Positions 18,963 through 28,297 are shown, numbered from the stretch's first letter. The stretch: 61,349 nucleotides of DNA from Chloroflexota bacterium (GCA_026389585.1 JAPLHP010000075.1:1-61349), one strand, 5' to 3'. The notes: generated by a model from the sequence alone, not told the origin. Made by a program: numbers and translations.

Positions 18963-19094
18963 AAGTCTATCGGAGTCGAATCACATAATAAGGTCGGTAT
19001 CAATGACCTGCGACCGTCCACTAGGGAATAAGAGACAAGGCAAACCTTTTGACTCGATGCCAGTTTTCGAGTAGATATCAGGATAAGATGCTGG

Positions 19095-20378
19095 CTACTC
19101 CAGAAAGCGGTGTTTCAAATTCATCATGTCCCGATAGGGAACTACCCCGAGTATCTTGCCGGTGTCATCGTCAACGACGGGAATGGCCCGAAAGCCATAT
19201 CGCGTGAACTTGGCCGAGGCTTCCCTCAGTGTGCTTGTGGGCTTCAAGCTTGCCACTACATCAGTCATAACGTCTTTCAACAGGGCATTCTCGCTTGCCT
19301 TGAGCATGTCTCGAACGTCGATGACGCCCAGCAGCTTATCCTGCTCATCAACAACGTAGAGATACATTATTACGTCGGCATCTTTGACGACGCGGCGATA
19401 CTCTCTGCCTGCCTGCTGGATGGTCATATTTGGCCCGAATTTCAGGAAATTCGAAGTGGCATAGTTGAGGATCTTTTCCTCATGTCTTTCCAATATAGAC
19501 TGGATCTTTCTGCCGTTCTCATTGTCCAGCAGCTTTAGGATGGCATTTGCCTCCGAGGATGGCAGAACTGCCAGAACATCCGCGGCCTGGCCCGGCGTCA
19601 TCTCGTTAATGAGCTTAGCTATTTTCTCCTTGCTTAGATAGGAAAGGATGGCTCTCTGCACACTGGGGTCGATTTCCTCCAGAGTATCCGATGCGTGGCT
19701 GGTATCGAGTTCATCAAAGATCAAAGCCCGTTGTTCCTGGTCCAGACTTTCAAGGATGTCTGCCAGATCAACGGGGTGCATCTCGGACAGTCGCTCCTTC
19801 AGGATGTTCAGCTTAACGTCTCCTTTGAAGCTGCTAATATGCGTCGGCAGGGCCTGGAAGTAAGTCCAGGAAATCGTTTCCCTCTTCATCCTGCTAGCCA
19901 TGCTATTGATCAGGTCAGCCATCCTCTTCAGCCCCATCCGTCGAAGTAATCCGTATTTGCTGACGTCTACTTCGCTCACATATAGTCTGTTGTTGACCAG
20001 GATCATTTTCACGTCGTAAACCACCTCCACCTCCCTGCCCTCCAAGTCCAGAACCTTCTTGTCCAGGATATAGTCCTTCAACAAGGTCTCCTTGCCAAGA
20101 TTCGCCTCATACTTCTGCAGTGAATCAATATCAGTAGTGATCTCTCTGGTGGTTAGCGACCGGATTCTGTCCCACGGAATAAGAAGGGCGGGGTTACCAA
20201 ACGGGCGGTTGACGTAAATGTGGGTCACTACCGGTACTCTGCCGTTTTCCACAATAACAAAATCGGCCAGCCTGCCAATCCTCTTGCCATTTCGGATGAC
20301 CCTCGCTCCAAGAAGTTCAGTCAGGAAATAAACCTGCTCGTGCTGCTTGCTCTTTGCCGAAATGCTATTGTTTATCAT
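19095..20378 (-). CDS. soluble PRC-barrel / MgtE N-terminal / tandem CBS domain protein
   Basis: N-terminus LLGARVIRNGKRIGRLADFVI (PRC-like). MHPVDLADILESLDQEQRALIFDEL (MgtE_N). Two CBS-like repeats at the C-terminus. No MgtE membrane domain. Confidence 0.75.
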   Translation of the reverse strand: MINNSISAKSKQHEQVYFLTELLGARVIRNGKRIGRLADFVIVENGRVPVVTHIYVNRPFGNPALLIPWDRIRSLTTREITTDIDSLQKYEANLGKETLLKDYILDKKVLDLEGREVEVVYDVKMILVNNRLYVSEVDVSKYGLLRRMGLKRMADLINSMASRMKRETISWTYFQALPTHISSFKGDVKLNILKERLSEMHPVDLADILESLDQEQRALIFDELDTSHASDTLEEIDPSVQRAILSYLSKEKIAKLINEMTPGQAADVLAVLPSSEANAILKLLDNENGRKIQSILERHEEKILNYATSNFLKFGPNMTIQQAGREYRRVVKDADVIMYLYVVDEQDKLLGVIDVRDMLKASENALLKDVMTDVVASLKPTSTLREASAKFTRYGFRAIPVVDDDTGKILGVVPYRDMMNLKHRFLE

Positions 20379-20397
20379 TCACCTGAAAGCCACGGTT

Positions 20398-20574
20398 TAC
20401 TTTACCACCGTCGTGAAGAACTTATAAAACAATACTCCCACGAGGACCAGCAAGTAAAGTCGGAGCATCAGCAGAGCGATGCTGACCAGTCTGGTCTGTT
20501 TTATACGCGGTGTACTATACTTCCTGTTGATCTCTGTGAATTTGTGAAATCTGCCCTGAAGGAAGTGCTTCATT
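20398..20574 (-). CDS. 58-aa predicted single-pass membrane peptide (not in ORF track)
   Basis: MKHFLQGRFHKFTEINRKYSTPRIKQTRLVSIALLMLRLYLLVLVGVLFYKFFTTVVK fills the gap between the NRAMP and MgtE_N/CBS genes on the same strand. The RBS is weak. Confidence 0.35.
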
Positions 20575-20638
20575 TGTCTACCATATTAACCCTTTGGAGT
20601 CCTGCACCATAGATTATCCCTCCCGCAACTGAGCTCTC

Positions 20639-21910
20639 TCATTTGAATATCCCGGGGAAAAGCGCGCTCACGGCATACAATGTCGACAGGATAACAATGG
20701 CTATTACTATACTGAAGCCAATAATGTTCTGAAACAGAGTATTCTTGTATTTCCCCATCACCTCTGCATCGTTAAGAAGCAGTAGCAGGAATACCAGTGC
20801 AGCCGGGAGCAGGGTTACGGCAACCACCTGCACGAAGAGTGTAATGATAACGAGCACTTTCGAGGAGGATACCAGGACCACTGTGCCGGCGGTAATCAAC
20901 ACCAAGAAATAGATGATATAGAACCACGGAGCTTCTTTGATCTTGTTATTCAGTGAATGTGCCCAGCCGAAAACCTCGCCAAAAGCCCAGGAACTGGCCA
21001 GGGAGATACAAATAGCACCGAGAAGTCCTGCATCAAAAAGGCCGATGGCCAGAAACGTGCCCACATATTGATTTACTCCTCTGAGTGCCTGGGCGGCGTG
21101 GGCAGCACTATCTATGTTGACACCCCTTAGAAGCGTCCCGCTCACGATAATGCAGAAAACGGCCACCACCACGGTGAATACCGAGCCGAAAGCAGTGTCC
21201 ACCCGTTCCCAGGGGATATCCTTTTCCTGCATGCGTTTATCGACCACTGAGCTTTGCTGGAAGAAGATCATCCAGGGGGCGATGGTGGTCCCGATATTAG
21301 CCATCAGGAAGAAGAAAATCTCATTATTGAATCCGCCGGGAAAGCCGGGCACCAGGCCCTGCCGAAGAATGCTGGAAACCGACGGATGAACGAGGAAGGC
21401 AGTGGGGATATAGATCAGATTCAAGACACAGAACAGCATCACCAGTTTTTCCCAGGTCCAGTAGCGCCCCTGTATAACCATTGCTCCCATGAGGACTGAA
21501 ACGCAGATCACGGTGACAATGGGAGGGACGTGAAAGATGCTCATCGCTGCGGTCATGCCGATGAACTCCGTAATCAGAGTCAGCCAATCCACCAGGAACA
21601 AATCGAGGAGGGAGAACCACCCCCAAAATGGGCCAAAGGAATCGAAGATAGCCTCGGCATGACCGCGCTTGGTCACAGCTCCCAAACGCACTGTCATCTC
21701 CTGGACAACATAGGCCACCGGCCCCAGCAGCACGACAAACCAGATCAGACCGTAACCGAATTTGGAACCGGTAACTATGTAGGTGGTTATGCCACCGGCA
21801 TCATTGTCTGCCACCATCACAATAATGCCCGGCCCGGCAATCATCAGGAACAGTCTTATGGCCTTGATAACCCTGCGGTATTTGTAAAACAGGCTGGCCA
21901 AAAGACCCAT
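20639..21910 (-). CDS. mntH: NRAMP family divalent metal transporter
   Basis: AGPGIIVMVADNDAGGITTY (DPGN-like region), about 11 TM segments, 423 aa. Confidence 0.85.
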   Translation of the reverse strand: MGLLASLFYKYRRVIKAIRLFLMIAGPGIIVMVADNDAGGITTYIVTGSKFGYGLIWFVVLLGPVAYVVQEMTVRLGAVTKRGHAEAIFDSFGPFWGWFSLLDLFLVDWLTLITEFIGMTAAMSIFHVPPIVTVICVSVLMGAMVIQGRYWTWEKLVMLFCVLNLIYIPTAFLVHPSVSSILRQGLVPGFPGGFNNEIFFFLMANIGTTIAPWMIFFQQSSVVDKRMQEKDIPWERVDTAFGSVFTVVVAVFCIIVSGTLLRGVNIDSAAHAAQALRGVNQYVGTFLAIGLFDAGLLGAICISLASSWAFGEVFGWAHSLNNKIKEAPWFYIIYFLVLITAGTVVLVSSSKVLVIITLFVQVVAVTLLPAALVFLLLLLNDAEVMGKYKNTLFQNIIGFSIVIAIVILSTLYAVSALFPGIFK

Positions 21911-22295
21911 TATTCAATCACTTCTTTGGATTGTGGTATTCTGCCTGGTGCCTGGAATGAACAGGGGACGAGATGTCTTTCGGTACACTGCCCTGCTCAC
22001 AACTAACAGTCGCTGATGCCTCAAATTCATTTGGGGGTAATACCCCACTCTGCATAAGATCTCTTGATGCTGCAGTGCATTATCAGAACGTGGGTAGGAT
22101 ATGCAGTTAAACAATTTAGGTCGCTGAGCGGTGTCTGTCAAGTTGACGAGGTTATATCAGGACCACGATGTTCCAAGACAGCCTGCAGAAAAGGACTTTT
22201 CAACTTAACATAACTCCAGAGTGCCAGGGTGACGGCACTATATTCAGGTACCTCTGTCAATTTGAACCTGAACGAGGCTTGGGCTATCCTATTAT

Positions 22296-23246
22296 ATGGG
22301 AAGGAGGTTCAAGATCGAATCATCGCTGGAGCACAGCCAGACTCCGCCCAAGTTGGGTCTGATTTTCAATATTCAGAGATTTAGCATTCATGATGGTCCT
22401 GGTATCAGGACCACTGTCTTCTTCAAGGGTTGTCCCCTGCGCTGTCGTTGGTGTTCTAATCCTGAGTCTTGGAACGACTACCCTGAGATTGTTACCAACG
22501 ATGTCAAGTGCACCAAATGTGGCCGCTGTCAGCCGGTATGCCCGGTAGATGCGATAGTGGTGGATCAGGGGGGGCGGAAGCTCAATCGCTCACTCTGTAA
22601 TCTGTGCCTGAAGTGCGCTGACGTTTGCCCCACCGGGGCCCTGGCGGTCACCGGCCAGTGGATGACTCTAGGAGAGGTGATGAAGGAAGTTGAGGCTGAT
22701 GGTCTTTTCTATCAGAACTCTGGAGGTGGTGTCACCCTCTCTGGTGGTGATCCTCTCATGCAGTGGGAATTCGCCCTGGAATTGCTGAAGGATTGCAAAG
22801 AAAAGGGAATTCACACTGCCATCGAAACCTCGGGATATGCACCCTGGGAGGTGCTGGCCAAGATTCTGGATTATACGGATCTGGCCCTCTTCGATATCAA
22901 ACATATGGATGCAGCGCGGCACCAGTGGGGAACAGGTAAGGGCAACGAGCTCATTCTCGATAATGCTCGGAGGACTGCGGCCAAGGTGAGAACCTGGCTC
23001 AGGGTGCCCCTTATCCCTGGATATAACGACTCTGAGGAAAACCTGAAGGCGGTAGCCAGGTTGGGCCTTGAGATCGGGGCAGAGAAGGTCTCCCTGCTTC
23101 CTTATCACATCTGGGGAAAGTCCAAATATGGCAGGCTGGGCCGGCAGTATCCTATGGAGCAGACGCCGCTTCCGTCTGACGACCTTGTCAAGCGGTGTGA
23201 GAAGGTCATCGCAGACGTGGGACTGAAAGCCACTATTGGCAGATGA
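22296..23246 (+). CDS. glycyl-radical enzyme activating protein family (radical SAM with two extra 4Fe-4S motifs)
   Basis: IQRFSIHDGPGIRTTVFFKGCPLRCRWCSNPES plus CTKCGRCQPVCP and CNLCLKCADVCP. No glycyl-radical enzyme gene is present in the window. Confidence 0.85.
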   Translation: MGRRFKIESSLEHSQTPPKLGLIFNIQRFSIHDGPGIRTTVFFKGCPLRCRWCSNPESWNDYPEIVTNDVKCTKCGRCQPVCPVDAIVVDQGGRKLNRSLCNLCLKCADVCPTGALAVTGQWMTLGEVMKEVEADGLFYQNSGGGVTLSGGDPLMQWEFALELLKDCKEKGIHTAIETSGYAPWEVLAKILDYTDLALFDIKHMDAARHQWGTGKGNELILDNARRTAAKVRTWLRVPLIPGYNDSEENLKAVARLGLEIGAEKVSLLPYHIWGKSKYGRLGRQYPMEQTPLPSDDLVKRCEKVIADVGLKATIGR

Positions 23247-23315
23247 CCTGTCCCGGAGAGATCAGGGGAGATATTCTCGGAGGCAGTTCCCCTCGAAGAA
23301 CTGGAGAGGCCTGTT

Positions 23316-23750
23316 ATGGATGACGCAGGGGCAACATACTCTGAAAAGGTGATTGCCCACAGCTTGAATCCGAGGAACGTGGGCGAATTCGAACGTCCCG
23401 ATGGGTTCGGAAGGGCGAGCCGATCCTGCGGGGATACTCTTCAGATCTGTCTCCAGGTGAGGGACGGCAGAGTCGTGGATGCCAGATTCGTCACTGATGG
23501 CTGTGGACCGACTATTGCCTGTGGCAGCATGGCAACAGAGCTGGTGAAGGGGAGAACCATCACCGAGGCCCTGGCGATCACCGAGGATGATATTCTAAAT
23601 GCCCTGGATGGCTTGCCTGAGTCCGAGGTTCACTGTGCTGCTCTGGCAACGAACACATTGAGGCTGGCGCTCAGCGATTACATTTCCCTGCAGCGGGAGC
23701 CGTGGAAACGGGCCTACCGGAAGATAGAGCCTTTTGTTCCCAGCAGATAG
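23316..23750 (+). CDS. NifU/IscU-like Fe-S cluster scaffold protein
   Basis: NPRNVG, SCGDTL, DGCGPTIACGS and HCAALA conserved Cys pattern. Confidence 0.85.
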   Translation: MDDAGATYSEKVIAHSLNPRNVGEFERPDGFGRASRSCGDTLQICLQVRDGRVVDARFVTDGCGPTIACGSMATELVKGRTITEALAITEDDILNALDGLPESEVHCAALATNTLRLALSDYISLQREPWKRAYRKIEPFVPSR

Positions 23751-23812
23751 GCCAATCCATTACCATCTCTGCCCGCCAGCTTACTGGCGGGGATCACTTG
23801 CTGGAGGGGGAT

Positions 23813-23843
23813 CCCCGCAAAATCGCAGATTTTGTGGGGTTTT
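23813..23843 (+). terminator. intrinsic terminator-like hairpin
   Basis: CCCCGCAAAAT-cgcag-ATTTTGTGGGG (11-bp stem with one G.U) followed by TTTT. It lies between convergent genes. Confidence 0.6.
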
Positions 23844-23844
23844 A

Positions 23845-24162
23845 CTAAAGTAGCCCCTGCACCTTCGAACGGAGCGTTTTCTCAGGAACGGCCCCCATAC
23901 TCTGCTCGATCAACTGGCCATTCTTGAAGAATATCAGCGTGGGTATGCTCATCACCTTGTATTTCTGGGCCAGTTGCTGATTTTCATCCACGTTGACCTT
24001 GCAGAACTTCAATTTCCCCTTGAATTCCTCTGAGAGTTTTTCCACGATAGGGCCGATCATGCGGCAGGGGCCGCACCAGGGGGCCCAGAAATCTACTACG
24101 ACAGGGAGACTGGATTTCAAGACCTGCTGCTCGAAGTCCTTGTCACTTATCTCGATCACCAT
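23845..24162 (-). CDS. trxA: thioredoxin
   Basis: 105 aa, VVDFWAPWCGPCRM active site. Confidence 0.93.
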   Translation of the reverse strand: MVIEISDKDFEQQVLKSSLPVVVDFWAPWCGPCRMIGPIVEKLSEEFKGKLKFCKVNVDENQQLAQKYKVMSIPTLIFFKNGQLIEQSMGAVPEKTLRSKVQGLL

Positions 24163-24322
24163 TGCGTTTTTCTCCTTCTGTGCAATAGGCCACGGTCATG
24201 ACTGTTGCCAACTTGTTTATAATATCAGAGGTTGTGATGGTAAAATGAACTGATTTTGCCTGAGACGGGGTCATTATATCCCCTGAGGCGGGGTCTGGCA
24301 ATTAGAACAAGCATATTCGTTT

Positions 24323-24997
24323 TTGGAGGAGACCATAGCAAAAGAAGTCGTTCTGACCATCGACGGCAGGGAAGTCAAGGCCCGCAGAGGAGAAAGGCTC
24401 CTCTGGGCGGCTTTGGATCACGACATCTATATTCCCAATCTCTGTGCCATCCGGGAAGCCGATTTGCCCTTTGGCGGCTGCCGGCTCTGCTTCGTTGAGA
24501 TCAAGGGCAGGCGGGCTCCGGTGACTGCCTGCAGTCAGTTCGTTGAGGAGGGGATGGTGGTCCTTACCACTACCCCCAAGGTGAAACGGCTGCGCCGCAC
24601 TGCCTTTGAGCTCCTCCTCTCGCATCACCATCTCGATTGTGGCCACTGTGCCAGGAATCGGAATTGTGAACTGCAGCGAATTGCCGCCCGCGAAGGGTTC
24701 AAGATGAAACTGCAGAGGTTCCGGCGCATTCCCATGTCGTTGCCTGTAGATTCCAGTCATCCCCTATTTATTTACGACCCGAATAAGTGCGTTCTTTGTG
24801 GCAAGTGTGTCTGGGTCTGCCATGAGCGGGGTATCGGCAGCATTGATTTTGCCCATAGAGGTATTGATACCAGGGTGAGCACTTTCGATAATATTCCGCT
24901 GATTGATTCTAGTTGTGATTCCTGTCTTGAATGTGTGCAGGTTTGCCCTGTGGGCTCTCTGGTTATCAGGGACGGCAAAAAATCTAGTGAGGGGTGA
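24323..24997 (+). CDS. 2Fe-2S plus 4Fe-4S binding protein (NuoG/FdhA N-terminal-like)
   Basis: LTIDGREV..IPNLC..CRLCFVEI..ACS, then HHLDCGHCARNRNCELQ and CVLCGKCVWVC..CDSCLECVQVCP. Confidence 0.8.
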   Translation: MEETIAKEVVLTIDGREVKARRGERLLWAALDHDIYIPNLCAIREADLPFGGCRLCFVEIKGRRAPVTACSQFVEEGMVVLTTTPKVKRLRRTAFELLLSHHHLDCGHCARNRNCELQRIAAREGFKMKLQRFRRIPMSLPVDSSHPLFIYDPNKCVLCGKCVWVCHERGIGSIDFAHRGIDTRVSTFDNIPLIDSSCDSCLECVQVCPVGSLVIRDGKKSSEG

Positions 24998-25002
24998 GCA
25001 AA

Positions 25003-25848
25003 ATGGGACTTCGTATAACTACTTTGAGTGAGAATGCGGTTTCATCAGCCGTGCCGCGGGGACTGCTCGGGGAGTGGGGACTGAGTGTCCTGGTGGAGGT
25101 GGGTAATGTCAGGATTCTTCTGGATGCGGGACAGAGTGTTTCTGCTGTTAATAACGGCGACCTTCTTGACGTAGAGTGGACTCAAATAGATGCCATAGTC
25201 CTCAGTCATGGACACTACGATCACACTGCTGGCTTGCGGAGGGCGCTGGGCAAGATCGGGAAGCGGGTGAGGGTGATTGCGCATCCTGATGTGTGGACGG
25301 CGAAGTATCTACAGATAGCTAAGGATAAAGCCCCTGCCTATATTGGAATACCATGCCAGAAAGTGGAACTGGAAAGCCTGGGTGCCGACTTTCAACTCAC
25401 TCACGATCCCGTGTGGCTGTCGGAGAATGTGGTCACCAGCGGCGAGATTCCGATGACTACTGACTACGAGAGCATCGACCCTGGTCTCTACGTTGGAGAG
25501 GGTGGTGAGTTTTTTCCTGATCCTTTGGCTGATGATCAGGCCATCTTCATCAAGACAGATAAGGGGTTGGTGGTTATTCTGGGCTGTGCTCACCGTGGGG
25601 TTATCAATACTCTACGTCATGCCCGGAGTGTCACCGGCGTGGATCTTATTCATACCGTGGTCGGAGGAACGCACCTCATTCGGGCGTCTGAGGCGCAACT
25701 GGAGATGACCATCGCTGATCTGAAAGGGCTTGGGGTGCAGAGGTTAGGGGTATCTCACTGCACCGGCATGATGGCAGCAGTGCGGCTGGCTCAGGAGTTT
25801 GGTCAGAATTTCTTCTTCAATAACGCCGGCACACGGATTACCCTTTGA
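25003..25848 (+). CDS. MBL-fold metallo-hydrolase
   Basis: LSHGHYDHTAGL motif. ATG 25003 has GAGGGGTGA upstream. The track start GTG 24994 overlaps the previous stop. Confidence 0.8.
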   Translation: MGLRITTLSENAVSSAVPRGLLGEWGLSVLVEVGNVRILLDAGQSVSAVNNGDLLDVEWTQIDAIVLSHGHYDHTAGLRRALGKIGKRVRVIAHPDVWTAKYLQIAKDKAPAYIGIPCQKVELESLGADFQLTHDPVWLSENVVTSGEIPMTTDYESIDPGLYVGEGGEFFPDPLADDQAIFIKTDKGLVVILGCAHRGVINTLRHARSVTGVDLIHTVVGGTHLIRASEAQLEMTIADLKGLGVQRLGVSHCTGMMAAVRLAQEFGQNFFFNNAGTRITL

Positions 25849-25869
25849 GGATTATTTGTTATTAGATTA

Positions 25870-26355
25870 GTGAATATAGTGAATACGGCAGGCGTGGATA
25901 GACTCACAAGGTTTGTGAAGGCTGCCTTTCTGGTATCCCTGGTAGCCCTGCTTCTTATCAGTGCGGCAGGTTGCGTTATAAATAGTGGAGGAGCCGAATC
26001 GAAAGTAAATTGGCTCTACGACATGGATGATGCCTTGAGCCGGGCGCAAAGTGAGAACAAGCCTATAATGATAGACTTCTATGCTGACTGGTGTGGTCCC
26101 TGCCGGCAACTGGACAGGGATACCTATTCTGATGATGCACTGAGTGCCTTTCTGAATGAAAACCTCGTCTGCCTGAAGATCAATGTGGACAAGAATAAGA
26201 CGCTGGCCTCGAACTACAACATAGTGAGCATTCCTGCGATTGTTTTTCTCTCGCCAGATGGAACACGGATTGGGAAATGGGTTGGCTTCACGCCACCTGC
26301 CAGGTTCTATCAGGATGCTCAGGCAATGCTGAGCCAGTGGAGCCCTCAGCCCTGA
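25870..26355 (+). CDS. thioredoxin-like lipoprotein
   Basis: Signal LVSLVALLLISAAGC (lipobox) followed by DFYADWCGPCRQLD. Confidence 0.8.
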   Translation: MNIVNTAGVDRLTRFVKAAFLVSLVALLLISAAGCVINSGGAESKVNWLYDMDDALSRAQSENKPIMIDFYADWCGPCRQLDRDTYSDDALSAFLNENLVCLKINVDKNKTLASNYNIVSIPAIVFLSPDGTRIGKWVGFTPPARFYQDAQAMLSQWSPQP

Positions 26356-26383
26356 GGATGGCGCATGTTGGGAGACTCGAGAT

Positions 26384-26530
26384 ATGAAGCGGAGTAGATT
26401 GCTCACCCTTCGCTTAGTGCTGTTGGGTCTGTTCATTGCCTCTGTGGCTGTCTTTGCTGCAGCCCAGTATGGCCTCGTTCACAGCTTTGTCAGGTTTCTG
26501 TGTACTTCCTGCCTGGGGCTGGGTGGCTGA
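26384..26530 (+). CDS. 48-aa membrane peptide ending in an RFLCTSCLGLGG motif (not in ORF track)
   Basis: MKRSRLLTLRLVLLGLFIASVAVFAAAQYGLVHSFVRFLCTSCLGLGG. One TM helix plus a motif resembling the RFWCxxxCPxG units of the downstream polyferredoxin. The stop lies 6 nt before that gene. Confidence 0.45.
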   Translation: MKRSRLLTLRLVLLGLFIASVAVFAAAQYGLVHSFVRFLCTSCLGLGG

Positions 26531-26536
26531 GAACCA

Positions 26537-27310
26537 ATGAGGAGGCTACGGTGGTTGACGCAGTTCCTTGCCCTGGCCCTGGCTAATATTGGCTTCATAC
26601 AAATCCTGAAAACAGGCATCCCCTGCCCCTTCTTCTATTGTTATGGTTGCCCTGCAGCCGCCTTCGCCTGCCCCATAGGCGTCTTTCAGCATTACGCTGC
26701 TCTGCAGCAGTTTCCCTTCTATGCCCTGGGTGTGGTGGGCCTGTTTGGTCTGGCCCTGGGGCGGTTCTGGTGTGGCTGGGCCTGCCCCTTTGGCACAGTG
26801 CAGGACCTGGTTGCCTGGATAAGACGGCGTGATGACACATTCCGGCTCCCCCGTGTTGCCTGGACCAAGTTTTTGGTCCTGGGGGTGGTTCTACTTCTGG
26901 CCTGGCTGGCTGCGGAGACCCTCTTTTGCAAGGTCTGTCCGGCGGGCAGCCTGTTTGCCGCCATCCCGCACCGGTTTGTGTCGCCTGATCTTGACTTCGG
27001 GACTTTCTTTTATGTCCATCTGGCGACGCTGGCAGTAGCGCTGGTGGCCTTCTTTCTCATCGGGCGGTTCTGGTGTCGCTACCTCTGTCCGCTCGGTGCC
27101 ATATTTGGTGCCTTCAATCCGGTAAGCATATTGAAAGTGAAGGTGGACTTCAGTAAATGCACCCGCTGTGAGAACTGCCTCAAGGTCTGCCCGGCCAAAA
27201 TCGAGAAACTGGAGGAGATAGAGAACTGTACTGACTGCACCCGCTGTGGCAAATGTATCGAGTCCTGCGACTCAGAGGCAGTGAAAATCTCCGCCTCCTT
27301 CAAAGAGTAG
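26537..27310 (+). CDS. NapH/MauN-like membrane-bound 4Fe-4S polyferredoxin
   Basis: GRFWCGWACPFGTVQD and GRFWCRYLCPLGAIFG motifs between TM helices. C-terminal CTRCENCLKVCP and CTRCGKCIESC. Confidence 0.8.
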   Translation: MRRLRWLTQFLALALANIGFIQILKTGIPCPFFYCYGCPAAAFACPIGVFQHYAALQQFPFYALGVVGLFGLALGRFWCGWACPFGTVQDLVAWIRRRDDTFRLPRVAWTKFLVLGVVLLLAWLAAETLFCKVCPAGSLFAAIPHRFVSPDLDFGTFFYVHLATLAVALVAFFLIGRFWCRYLCPLGAIFGAFNPVSILKVKVDFSKCTRCENCLKVCPAKIEKLEEIENCTDCTRCGKCIESCDSEAVKISASFKE

Positions 27311-27370
27311 TTTGCATTATGCTCCTTGCTTGCCAGAATGACCCCAACAAGAATTGTTGAGGTGATTAAG

Positions 27371-27537
27371 ATGGCAGTAGCAGAGATAAGTGTTATTCCC
27401 ATCGGCACAGGAAGCACTTCTGTGAGCGAGCATGTGGTCAGAGGGCGGTAACTACCATTAATATCGATGACCGGAGAGACAAGCCCCCGACCATGAGCGG
27501 CAAGGTGGAGTCGGTGAGGAAAAAGCTGGGGCGCTAG
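27371..27537 (+). pseudogene. MTH1187/YkoF family (DUF77) gene remnant with internal deletion
   Basis: N-terminus MAVAEISVIPIGTGSTSVSEHV then a stop. In another frame, the family C-terminus INIDDRRDKPPTMSGKVESVRKKLG. The roughly 50 middle codons are missing. Confidence 0.6.
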
Positions 27538-27569
27538 ATATCAAAGAACTCTCCGCCCGTGTTTGAAAG

Positions 27570-28112
27570 CTACAACTGGCTCAGGATTTCTGCCACTCTA
27601 TGCGCTGTCGTCCCGGTCAGAGTGGCGCACTTCTCGATGGTCTCCGGACCCCGTGGGCCAAAATAGTGATTAACCACTTCATTCATGTCAAACCAGTTGA
27701 CACCGGTGATTTCTGAACAGACAGTACTCTTGAACATCGGCTTGAACCAGAGAGTTAGCTGGTGCGAGGGCTCGAAGGCCGGCAGGATAGCCTCAAGCCC
27801 CTGGTCGATGCTGGTTCGTCCCACTCTGGCGCTGATAAGCACGAAGCCTGTGGTCAATGCGCCGCAGGTCAAGCCGCAGCTTCCTCCACCCTGGAGCCCA
27901 CCTATCGCTTTGAACCAGAAGTCGTCCCTAAGTTCCAGAACATCTTGAAATGCCTGGAACATCGATTGAGAACAGCCAAAACACTTCTTGTAGTTCTCGT
28001 ATGCCAGCTTGCCTACCCTTTCCCGATTAGTCTCTGAACTGAATACCTCTCTGGTTCTCTCTTCAAACTTCCTGGCGAAGTCGGTCATTGCAGCAGATTC
28101 CTCTGATTCCAT
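27570..28112 (-). CDS. C_GCAxxG_C_C family protein
   Basis: YKKCFGCSQSMFQAF and GGGSCGLTCGALTTG blocks are typical of the family. Confidence 0.7.
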   Translation of the reverse strand: MESEESAAMTDFARKFEERTREVFSSETNRERVGKLAYENYKKCFGCSQSMFQAFQDVLELRDDFWFKAIGGLQGGGSCGLTCGALTTGFVLISARVGRTSIDQGLEAILPAFEPSHQLTLWFKPMFKSTVCSEITGVNWFDMNEVVNHYFGPRGPETIEKCATLTGTTAHRVAEILSQL

Positions 28113-28297
28113 TCCCCCTCCTGTTGCTCTTCGTTATCATAGACTTTAGCATAACTGGTTTAAGTCCACCATTGGTTGGTTAAGGTGACTCCATTGTGCT
28201 CGGAACGGTGTTACGGGACCACCCACCGTGATAGAATAAGCGGTGTTGCAGCCTGGAATGAATAGAAACAGCCATGCTATTGTGATGGGGGTGCACG

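Noticed and set aside
21911-22295. A metal riboswitch (yybP-ykoY Mn, M-box or NiCo) in the long leader of the NRAMP gene.
   Set aside because: I could not find the conserved cores I remember, such as GGGGAGUAG with a distal UUGACA..AGACC pairing. Only a short GGGGTATTACCCC hairpin is present. A covariance-model scan would be needed, so no call is made.
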